DNA of 36,130 nt. It comes from a bacterium. GTDB lineage: Bacteria > Patescibacteriota > WWE3 > UBA101185 > UBA10185. Position 1 is the first letter of the stretch, and each line of letters begins with the position of its first letter. The position numbers and the translations under genes are program-made. This document shows, piece by piece, positions 20,731 to 28,771 of the stretch. Under the pieces are notes generated by a model. That model searched no databases. It saw nothing but the letters and a program-made list of their open reading frames with translations, and was not told the origin of the DNA. The DNA lies in contig DAOSPG010000002.1 in assembly GCA_035374605.1 (NCBI GenBank), positions 3,974-40,103 of the forward strand, given 5' to 3'.

Positions 20731-20748
20731 AAACCAAAGAAACATAAT

Positions 20749-21438
20749 ATGAAGATTAAAGATTTACAAAAAGAAGAAAAACCTAGAGAAAAATTAATTG
20801 AAAAAGAAGCCGAAAATCTAACTGATGTTGAACTTTTAGCAATAATTTTAAGATCGGGGGATAAAAATCATTCTGCGGTAGATTTAGCTAGAGAACTAAT
20901 AAACTCCTTCGATGGAATTAAAAATACCCTGTCAGCAGATATAAAAGAGCTCGCGAATTTCAAAGGAGTAGGAATGGCTAAAGCAACCTCAATAAAAGCT
21001 ACAGAAGAGATAGCAAAAAGATATTTAAAACCTGCAAAAAAATCAGAAATATACATTAAAACTCCAAAAAACGCTTATGAGGTAATTAGGAAAGATATTT
21101 TAAACAAAGATCAAGAATATCTTTATTTATTAAGCATGGATAGCAGAAATAAATTAATATCCAAAGACATAATATCAAAAGGAACTATAAACGAAACACT
21201 CATACACCCAAGAGAAATATTCAAAAAAGCAACCTCAAAAAGTGCTTACGCAATAATTCTTATTCACAATCACCCGTCAAATGAATGCAGCCCGAGCGAC
21301 GAAGACATAAAAGTAACCAAACGAATATACAAAGTCGGAATAGAGATCGGAATACCGCTTATAGATCATTTGGTAGTTTCCAACAACAACTTTTTCAGTA
21401 TGAAAGCACATAACCTGCTTAAAGATAAAAATTTTTAA
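20749..21438 (+). CDS. radC: RadC-family JAB/MPN+ domain protein
   Basis: N-terminus MKIKDLQKEEKPREKL...LTDVELLAIILRSG...FKGVGMAKATSI (HhH region). C-terminal JAMM motif HNHPSNECSPSDED matches HxHx7Sx2D. I chose the ATG at 20749; the tracked ORF starts at an upstream TTG. Confidence 0.9.
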   Translation: MKIKDLQKEEKPREKLIEKEAENLTDVELLAIILRSGDKNHSAVDLARELINSFDGIKNTLSADIKELANFKGVGMAKATSIKATEEIAKRYLKPAKKSEIYIKTPKNAYEVIRKDILNKDQEYLYLLSMDSRNKLISKDIISKGTINETLIHPREIFKKATSKSAYAIILIHNHPSNECSPSDEDIKVTKRIYKVGIEIGIPLIDHLVVSNNNFFSMKAHNLLKDKNF

Positions 21439-21456
21439 AGAAAGGAGGTGAAAAAA

Positions 21457-22041
21457 ATGAAGAAAAACAAAATTTTCTATCTAATTGGATCATTGGTTTT
21501 AATAATAGCTGTCGCCGCCGGGATAACTTACGCTGCTTTTACCGATAAAGCAAAAGTCCTGGGATCAACTTTCAGCGTAGGGAGCGCGAACTTAATGTTC
21601 TTAGAAGATCTTGCCATGGGTACAGATCCGAGAAATTACAGAGATGAACTTACCGGTCCGACATTTGAAAATATAGGCCCGGGATGGACCCAAGATTATC
21701 TTGTAAAGTTAATTAGTATGGCTTCATCAAGAATAACCGTAAGTACCAATGCAAATTATGAAACAGCCAATGATCCGGAGGACTTAAGATCTAATATATT
21801 CGTTGAAATTATAAAGTGGAGTGATATGAACCAAAATGGAGCTGTAGATGAGGGAGAAGAAATCTCCGTAGTTGGGAAGAAAACAATAATAAAGTGGAAA
21901 ACAGAAGGATTTACTTTAGGAGACCTTTTTTATGGACAAACCATGGGATTAATATTGAGATTCTCAGCGCCATCTATAAGTGAAAGTAAACAGGGAGCAT
22001 CAGCAACTTTTGATTTCGAATTTAATTCTATACAGTCTTAA
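21457..22041 (+). CDS. Secreted TasA/camelysin-like protein with a SipW-cognate-type signal peptide
   Basis: Signal peptide MKKNKIFYLIGSLVLIIAVAAGITYAAFTDKAKV, i.e. the (T/S)xAxF(T/S/N)D class seen in TasA and archaeal SipW-dependent proteins. It continues with FSVGSANLMF and ends QGASATFDFEFNSIQ, resembling TasA QGNSIKLQFSFEATQ. GGAGG lies 8 nt upstream of the ATG at 21457; the tracked GTG start overlaps this Shine-Dalgarno site. Confidence 0.7.
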   Translation: MKKNKIFYLIGSLVLIIAVAAGITYAAFTDKAKVLGSTFSVGSANLMFLEDLAMGTDPRNYRDELTGPTFENIGPGWTQDYLVKLISMASSRITVSTNANYETANDPEDLRSNIFVEIIKWSDMNQNGAVDEGEEISVVGKKTIIKWKTEGFTLGDLFYGQTMGLILRFSAPSISESKQGASATFDFEFNSIQS

Positions 22042-22048
22042 AGAATGG

Positions 22049-22078
22049 AAGAGGCCGCCTGAAAGGCGGCCTCTTTAT
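22049..22078 (+). terminator. Rho-independent terminator after the TasA-like gene
   Basis: Perfect GC-rich hairpin GAGGCCGCC-tgaaa-GGCGGCCTC (22051-22073) followed by TTTAT. It is conspicuously GC-rich in an AT-rich window and begins 8 nt after the stop codon. Confidence 0.85.
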
Positions 22079-22178
22079 CAACTACATCTTTTCTTTGTCA
22101 TGTCTACATTAAAATTATAGGAACGTCTGGAAAACGCTAAGAATTTTCAATGGTCCGAGATACATTTTTAAAATTCAA

Positions 22179-22643
22179 ATGAAAAAACGACTTACATTTA
22201 TTTTTTTAATAATAACTATCTCAGTTATTCTTATCTTAGTACGTTCAAAAACCAGGATTTTTAAAGTGGCAACTTCCTCTATGGAGCCTGAAATAAAAAA
22301 AGGTTCAATGATTATAACTGCCGGAAAACAAAAATATGAGGTAGGCGATATAGCGTCTTACAGAGAAGGAAGAAACAGCACTGTAGTAACTCACAGAATA
22401 ATCAAAATACTCAAAAATGAAGATATTTATTTCTTTATTTTCAAAGGTGACAACAACGAAAATCAGGACCCTCACCCCATATCAGAAAAAGAGATTATCG
22501 GTAAAGTGGTCTATGTTATTCCATATGTAGGAGATCTTTTTTATATTATCTTTGAACGTAAGTTTATTCTTTATCCTATTTCAATCACAAGCGGGTTTTT
22601 TCTAGGAAGAAATTTCAGGAAACAATTCGAAAAATTTATGTAA
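22179..22643 (+). CDS. Signal peptidase I, ER/archaeal (SipW, S26B) type
   Basis: 154 aa. N-terminal TM, Ser box ATSSMEPEIKKGSMI (compare SipW SGSMEPEFNTGSLI), His box VVTHRII (His where P-type enzymes have Lys), KGDNNENQD, and a C-terminal hydrophobic segment. Confidence 0.85.
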   Translation: MKKRLTFIFLIITISVILILVRSKTRIFKVATSSMEPEIKKGSMIITAGKQKYEVGDIASYREGRNSTVVTHRIIKILKNEDIYFFIFKGDNNENQDPHPISEKEIIGKVVYVIPYVGDLFYIIFERKFILYPISITSGFFLGRNFRKQFEKFM

Positions 22644-22703
22644 ATATCTTAAAGAAACGTAATAAATTACCATTCCTTCTTTTTTCTGGTATTCTATTTA
22701 TGT

Positions 22704-25286
22704 ATGAAATACAACATTAAACTGCCCAATAGATTTGCTCGCCGTTGGTTAATTGAAACCCCCTTAAAAATATTCAGAATGAGCGTAGATCTTTTGAAAA
22801 TGCTTGATAATCAAATATCTTTCACATACAACATAAAACTTCTTTTTGTTCCTTTATTCGGATTATCAAGTTTAAACGGAAGAATAGTAAGTTTTTTCAC
22901 TCGGGTTTTTATGATCTTCTTGGGGTCTATACCTATGTTTTTAGCTTCTTTACTTTGTATAGCAGCACCAATAATATGGCTTTATATACCAATACTTATA
23001 CTCCAAAAATACTCTGTTTTGTACACAATACTTTATTTTTTAATTTTATACATTATCTTTGTATTAAAAAATTTAAACACTCCTGATAAAAAAATTTTGC
23101 AGATAAAATCTCAGGAGGATAAAATAAAAACTTTCAGACCACAAGTTAGATATATTTTAGAAAGTGGGAAAGGTTCATCAAGAATTTTGATGGAAAAACT
23201 TTTAGCAGAAAAAGATATTCAATACTTAATGCAAAAAGCTGAATTAGGAGAAAGAGAGGTAGCTGAAAAATTCATAAAAATCTCGGACGCAAAGGAAATA
23301 GATTTAGACAGTATCGTGCAAGAAAGCTTTTCTTATGCTCAAGAAAATAAATCAAGATATGTGGAAATAGAACACTTATTTTTAACAGCAGTAGAACACG
23401 TGCCGAACATAGATACCATTCTGTCTGTATTCAACTCACGCTTTGAGATTATAAAGAAGACCGCTTTTTGGATAGTTGAAGAGAGAGAAAAACTTTCAAA
23501 AGTATATTTCTGGCAAGATGATTTTGTATCCCCTCCTCCAGGCGGGATAGGTAAAGGAATGTTGGGAAGAGTAACACCCCAATTAGATAAAGTATCCGTA
23601 GATATAACTAAACAAGTAAGGATGGGTAATGTTGAAGATATTGTTGGAAGAGAAAAAGAGATAAAGAAAATTGCGGAAATTTTAGATGGGGATAAAAACG
23701 ATATTTTGTTAATAGGAGAATCCGGGGTTGGAAAAACTTCTATAGTTAGAGGAATAGCTTACAAAATAATGATGGGCGTTGAGTACAAGACTTTAAAAAA
23801 TAAAAGATTGGTAAGTATAGATAGCGGAGCATTAGTTTCAGAAGACAAAGAGAGCGGAAATGCAGCTGATAAACTATCCAAAATCCTAGAAGAAATAGAA
23901 GCGTCGGGAGATATAATACTTTTTATAGACGAAATGCAAAATCTCGTAACGGGAATGGGCGAGAAAGGAGGTTATGACTCAACTGCTCTGTCAGTATTAG
24001 AAAACCATATCGCAAAGAAAAGAATAAGATTAATAGGAGCTACTTCAATGGAGAATTTCAGAAAATATATTGAACCAAATGAAGCTATAACGAGACTTTT
24101 TCAAATAATAAATGTAGAAGAATGCTCAAAGGATGACACTTTAAAAATACTGAAAAGTATTGCGGGGAAAATAGAAAAAAAACACGGGGTAATGGTTACC
24201 TACCCGGCGCTAATAGCATGCATTGATCTTTCAGAAAAAACTATTGGGAACAGAGTACTACCGGACAAAGCAATAGACATATTGGAAAGAACCTCAACCA
24301 CAATAAAGAATTCAACTAAATATATTTCGTCGGAAGAAATATCAAAAGAAATTTCCGAAATGACGAAAATACCAATAACAGCAATAGGAGGAAATGAAGC
24401 AGAAAAATTGTTAAACATTGGAAATGAAATGAGAAAAATGGTTATAGGACAAGAACAAGCAATTAAAAAAATTGAAATAGCATTACAAAGAGCAAGAACC
24501 GGAATTAGAGATGAGAGAAAACCAATAGCAGGATTTCTTTTTGTTGGAATGACCGGAGTTGGAAAAACCGAAACAGCTAAAGCACTGGCACGAAGTTACT
24601 TTGGAGCAGAAGAAAATATGATAAGACTTGATATGAGCGAATATCAGCAGATAGATAGTATAAATAGAATCGTAGGTTCCCCTGACGGGAACACAGCAGG
24701 CACCCTAACCGAAAAAGTAAGAAATAAACCTTTTAGTCTTGTTTTGATAGATGAGATAGAAAAAGCGCACCCAAATATACTAATGACCTTTCTACAAATT
24801 TTAGACGAGGGACGTTTAACCGATACAACAGGAAATATAGCAGAATTTACAAACACAATAATAATAGCGACCAGCAACGTTGGCACAAAATCTATCCAAC
24901 AAGTCTCCGAAGCAGGAAAAGGGTACGAAGAAATGCAAAAAACCGTCATGATTGAAGTAAGAAATAAATTTGCACCCGAACTACTAAACAGATTCACAGA
25001 TATAATAGTATTTAATCCTCTTTCAAAGGAAAATCTAAGGGAGATAACAAAATTAATGTTGGATAGGGTAAGAAAGACAGTAGAGGAAAAAGGAATAGAA
25101 GTTAATTTCAAACCCGAGCTGATAGAAGAATTAATAAGAAGAGGTTACAGTTTGGAGTGGGGAGCCCGACCATTAGCAAGAGTGATTGAAGACTCCGTTG
25201 AATCTTATTTAGCAATAAAAATATTGAAGAAAGATATAAATCCCGGAGACAGATTATTACTAGGAACAGAAGTTTTTGATATATAA
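22704..25286 (+). CDS. Membrane-anchored Clp/Hsp100-family double AAA+ ATPase (atypical)
   Basis: 860 aa. About 3 TM segments at residues 60-120. Clp_N-like repeat [12 protein letters not shown]1 Walker [11 protein letters not shown] / ILFIDEMQ. D2 GMTGVGKTE / [11 protein letters not shown]. Sensor-2 [10 protein letters not shown]. See the findings for the missing elements. Confidence 0.85.
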   Translation: MKYNIKLPNRFARRWLIETPLKIFRMSVDLLKMLDNQISFTYNIKLLFVPLFGLSSLNGRIVSFFTRVFMIFLGSIPMFLASLLCIAAPIIWLYIPILILQKYSVLYTILYFLILYIIFVLKNLNTPDKKILQIKSQEDKIKTFRPQVRYILESGKGSSRILMEKLLAEKDIQYLMQKAELGEREVAEKFIKISDAKEIDLDSIVQESFSYAQENKSRYVEIEHLFLTAVEHVPNIDTILSVFNSRFEIIKKTAFWIVEEREKLSKVYFWQDDFVSPPPGGIGKGMLGRVTPQLDKVSVDITKQVRMGNVEDIVGREKEIKKIAEILDGDKNDILLIGESGVGKTSIVRGIAYKIMMGVEYKTLKNKRLVSIDSGALVSEDKESGNAADKLSKILEEIEASGDIILFIDEMQNLVTGMGEKGGYDSTALSVLENHIAKKRIRLIGATSMENFRKYIEPNEAITRLFQIINVEECSKDDTLKILKSIAGKIEKKHGVMVTYPALIACIDLSEKTIGNRVLPDKAIDILERTSTTIKNSTKYISSEEISKEISEMTKIPITAIGGNEAEKLLNIGNEMRKMVIGQEQAIKKIEIALQRARTGIRDERKPIAGFLFVGMTGVGKTETAKALARSYFGAEENMIRLDMSEYQQIDSINRIVGSPDGNTAGTLTEKVRNKPFSLVLIDEIEKAHPNILMTFLQILDEGRLTDTTGNIAEFTNTIIIATSNVGTKSIQQVSEAGKGYEEMQKTVMIEVRNKFAPELLNRFTDIIVFNPLSKENLREITKLMLDRVRKTVEEKGIEVNFKPELIEELIRRGYSLEWGARPLARVIEDSVESYLAIKILKKDINPGDRLLLGTEVFDI

Positions 25287-25293
25287 TCCTCCC

Positions 25294-26319
25294 ATGCAAG
25301 AATTCAAAAAAAGAATAGAACAATTAGAAAAATCTCTTCAAATAGAGGAAAGGAGAAGAAGAGTAGAAGAAATAAGAAAAAAGATTAAAACTGAAGATGT
25401 GTGGAAAAATTGGGAAGAGGGAAACAAACTATCAAAAGAATTATCAGACATAGAAAGGGAAATAGAAAAGTTTGATATGCTAAATCTTTACCTTGAAGAA
25501 GGAGATGAGAAACTTATTGAAGAAAAAATAAAAGAGTTAGAACTCAAAACATATCTTTCCGGCAATCACGATAAAAACGACGCGATTTTGTCTGTACATG
25601 CAGGACAAGGAGGAACCGAAGCAATGGATTGGACAGCTATGCTTTTGAGAATGTATTTGAGATATGCTGAAAGAAAAGGTTGGAAAACAAATATTTTAAA
25701 TGAAATACAGGGAGAAGAAGCAGGTATAAAAACAGCCACTGTGGAAATAATGGGTGATTATGCGTATGGATTTTTAAAAGAAGAAAGAGGTGTTCATCGA
25801 CTGGTTAGACAATCACCTTTCAACGCAGATAATTTAAGACAAACTTCTTTCTCTCTGGTAGAAGTTATACCCATGATAGAAAACATCAATAACATAGAAA
25901 TAAAAGATGAAGATATTGAGTGGGAATTTTTTAGGTCGGGAGGAAAGGGAGGGCAGAATGTCAATAAAGTTTCTACTGCGGTGAGACTGAAACACAAACC
26001 TTCAGGAATAATAGTTGAGTGCCAAGAAGAAAGATTTCAGGGAAGAAACAGAGAGAAAGCTCTTAAAATATTAAAATCAAAGTTATATCAGATCGAGGAA
26101 GAAAAATCCCTGATGGAAGAAAAAAAATTAAAGGGGGACTACAAAACTCCCGGCTGGGGAAATCAAATAAGAAATTATGTATTGCACCCATATAGATTGG
26201 TAAAGGATTTACGAACCAATGTTGAGATAAGAAATCCAGAAGATGTTTTGGATGGCAACTTGGATGAACTAATAGAAGCCGAATTGAAAATGCTGAAAAT
26301 GCAAGATAAAAAATATTAA
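25294..26319 (+). CDS. prfB: Peptide chain release factor 2 (single uninterrupted frame)
   Basis: SPF tripeptide (RQSPFNADN) and GGQ ([10 protein letters not shown]). [12 protein letters not shown] and GVHRLVR blocks. I chose the ATG at 25294 ([11 protein letters not shown]); the tracked ORF starts at an upstream TTG inside the preceding gene. Confidence 0.93.
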   Translation: MQEFKKRIEQLEKSLQIEERRRRVEEIRKKIKTEDVWKNWEEGNKLSKELSDIEREIEKFDMLNLYLEEGDEKLIEEKIKELELKTYLSGNHDKNDAILSVHAGQGGTEAMDWTAMLLRMYLRYAERKGWKTNILNEIQGEEAGIKTATVEIMGDYAYGFLKEERGVHRLVRQSPFNADNLRQTSFSLVEVIPMIENINNIEIKDEDIEWEFFRSGGKGGQNVNKVSTAVRLKHKPSGIIVECQEERFQGRNREKALKILKSKLYQIEEEKSLMEEKKLKGDYKTPGWGNQIRNYVLHPYRLVKDLRTNVEIRNPEDVLDGNLDELIEAELKMLKMQDKKY

Positions 26320-26399
26320 AAATTTGAAATTGTAAAATTTATTTTTCAATACTCCCGTTTCATTCTATTTTTATCTTTATTTTTTCCCTTTACTCCTTA

Positions 26400-28721
26400 T
26401 TATTCTCTATTACGCGGGAAATTCTCTCCGGTAAAATCTTCTTTATCAAATTCCAAATCCATATCTCTATCTGCAGAAAAATCACCTTCGCCGGGAATCT
26501 CATCTATCAACACTTCTCTCCCCCTGCTTCCACTTACCTCCCCGCCTACTATACCTCTATCTTCCATCATATCTATAAGTTTTGCCGCTCTTGCAAAGCC
26601 TATACTGAGCTTCCTTTGCAATAGTGAAGCCGACGCTTTTTTGGCCGAAACTACTATAGCCACAGCTTTATCAAATAACTCATCATCAACATCTTCTCCC
26701 CAACTTGATTTAACCACCCCTCCTCTAGTAGATGTAGGCATATTCAAAACCTCTTCCTTGTAATCAGGAGGAACACCTTGATTTTTCAAAAAATTAACCA
26801 AATCCGCGGTTTCTTTTTCAGAAATAAAAGCGCCCTGTAGCCTAAGTGGTTTCATAGTATCGGGAGGAACAAAAAGCATATCTCCTTTCCCAAGAAGTTT
26901 TTCAGCACCAGGTTGATCTATTATTACTCTTGAATCTATTTGATTTAAAACTTGAAAAGCCACTCTACACGGAATATTGGCTTTTATAAGTCCTGTTATA
27001 ACATCAATGGATGGTCTTTGAACTGCCAATATTAAATGGACACCTGTTGCTCTTCCCATTTGAGCCAGTCTTATTACATTTTTTTCAACTCCCGCCGGAT
27101 CTTGAAGCATAATATCCCCGAGTTCATCAACAACTATAACTATATAGGGCATAACTTGAATACCTGATTTTTCGTTGTACGTATCAATATTCTTAACCCT
27201 TGCTTGTTCAAAAAGTCTATATCTTCTTTCCATCTCTTCAACCGCCCACCTAAAAACTGATGGAGCCTTCTCCATGTCAGTAACAACGGGTGTGAGTAGA
27301 TGCGGTATCCCTTCATACAAAATAAGCTCAACTCTTTTAGGATCAATTAAAATAAATTTAACTTCCTGAGGAGTAGCCCTGAAAAGAATTGAAAATAAAA
27401 TATTATGAATGAAAACAGACTTACCGGATCCTGTTGTTCCTGCTATTAGTAAATGAGGCATTTTCCCTATATCGTAAGTGACAACCCTTCCGGCAACGTC
27501 TTCCCCTAAAGCGACTCCTAATTTTGATTCAAAATTTTTCATTTGCGGGGAACTTATTAGAGATTTGAAATAAACCAATGTTCTTTTTGTATTTGGAACC
27601 TCAATTCCTATTAAAGATTTTCCCGGTATAGGAGCCTCAATCCTAACAGTTCCGGTCGGAGAGGCTAAAGCCAGAGCTAAATTACTTTGAAGCGTAGCTA
27701 TTTTTGCTACATTCGTGACAGATTTAGGTCGCAAAGCGTATTGAGTAACAGAAGATCCCACTTTTACATTTTCCATATCTATATCAACATCTATTCCAAA
27801 AGATTTTAAGGTTTCCTTTATTATTTTAACTTTCTTATCCAGATCGGAAGTATCCACCGTTCTAACAGGCGGTTCAGCTAAAAGATCTTCCGGTGGGTAA
27901 TTCCATATTCTATCTGACGGTACAACGGGAGACATTTTTATAGATGATGGAGGAGCCAATGTATCAACAGAACTTGTTTTTATATCGATTAAAGGCTCTG
28001 CTTGGGATTGAACAACTTCAAAAATAGATGTTTGTTCGGGTTTTTTCCTGCTTTTACCGGAGGAAACCAAAACACTATCATCGGAATCTTCTCCTAAGAA
28101 AAGGTTTCCGGAAGAAGAGTCTATCTCAATATTTTCATCTTCTCCAATACTTTTCCTTCTAAAAAGATTTCCCACATTTTCAAAAAGGCGAGAAAAAAAT
28201 TCGTTTTTGGTAAAAAAATTAACTAAACTGCCAAAAGAAATGTTAAAGACCAGTAATAACGATCCCATAACTCCTAAAATTAAAAAAACCGAGGCTCCGA
28301 ACTTGCTTATACCCGAAGAAAGAAAATTAGATATTTTATATCCAACTAGTCCACCTCCTTTTCCCTCTAAAGCCAAATCATAAGCTTCGGAACTATTTAT
28401 AAAAACATGAAATGCTCCTGAGAGTGAAAACAAAAGTAGAAAAAGACCTATAAATATTCTTGCTTCTTTATACTTGCTATTCAAATTATCAAAAAATAAA
28501 ATTCCAAAACTTCCCAGTATAAGTGGAATTAATACGGAAGCTTGACCGAAATACGATTTTAAAAAATGCTGAATTTTGGAATTTATACTATACGAAGGAG
28601 CAAAAAAAGAAACCAAACCTATAAAACACAGGGCTAAAAACACTATGGATATTATTGATCTTACAGTGTCGGGTTTTACATTAAATCTTAATTTGAATTT
28701 TTTCCTTCTTCCACGGGACAT
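26400..28721 (-). CDS. ftsK: DNA translocase FtsK/SpoIIIE
   Basis: 773 aa. 4-5 N-terminal TM segments and a low-complexity linker. Motor domain with GTTGSGKSV Walker A and VIVVDELGD Walker B. C-terminal winged-helix gamma domain (ASASLLQRKLSIGFARAAKLIDMMEDRGIVG), then an acidic tail. Confidence 0.95.
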   Translation of the reverse strand: MSRGRRKKFKLRFNVKPDTVRSIISIVFLALCFIGLVSFFAPSYSINSKIQHFLKSYFGQASVLIPLILGSFGILFFDNLNSKYKEARIFIGLFLLLFSLSGAFHVFINSSEAYDLALEGKGGGLVGYKISNFLSSGISKFGASVFLILGVMGSLLLVFNISFGSLVNFFTKNEFFSRLFENVGNLFRRKSIGEDENIEIDSSSGNLFLGEDSDDSVLVSSGKSRKKPEQTSIFEVVQSQAEPLIDIKTSSVDTLAPPSSIKMSPVVPSDRIWNYPPEDLLAEPPVRTVDTSDLDKKVKIIKETLKSFGIDVDIDMENVKVGSSVTQYALRPKSVTNVAKIATLQSNLALALASPTGTVRIEAPIPGKSLIGIEVPNTKRTLVYFKSLISSPQMKNFESKLGVALGEDVAGRVVTYDIGKMPHLLIAGTTGSGKSVFIHNILFSILFRATPQEVKFILIDPKRVELILYEGIPHLLTPVVTDMEKAPSVFRWAVEEMERRYRLFEQARVKNIDTYNEKSGIQVMPYIVIVVDELGDIMLQDPAGVEKNVIRLAQMGRATGVHLILAVQRPSIDVITGLIKANIPCRVAFQVLNQIDSRVIIDQPGAEKLLGKGDMLFVPPDTMKPLRLQGAFISEKETADLVNFLKNQGVPPDYKEEVLNMPTSTRGGVVKSSWGEDVDDELFDKAVAIVVSAKKASASLLQRKLSIGFARAAKLIDMMEDRGIVGGEVSGSRGREVLIDEIPGEGDFSADRDMDLEFDKEDFTGENFPRNRE

Positions 28722-28771
28722 TGTCCTTATGATAACACAAAAAGGTCACATATTAAAAAGGTGGCTATAAT

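Noticed and set aside
24644-25111. 155-aa ORF antisense to the Clp-like gene
   Set aside because: It lies entirely inside a strongly supported AAA+ D2 domain on the other strand. Its Ser/Phe/Ile-rich translation is typical of antisense frames in AT-rich coding DNA.
25276-25293. Possible programmed frameshift or upstream TTG start for prfB
   Set aside because: The frame from the ATG at 25294 already contains a complete RF2 N-terminus, and no in-frame TGA with a CTT TGA context is present. The TTG extension lies inside the 3' end of the preceding gene.
26320-26399. Possible bidirectional terminator between the convergent prfB and ftsK
   Set aside because: Only an all-A/T palindrome (AAATTT...AAATTT) is available, and it would not form a stable stem.
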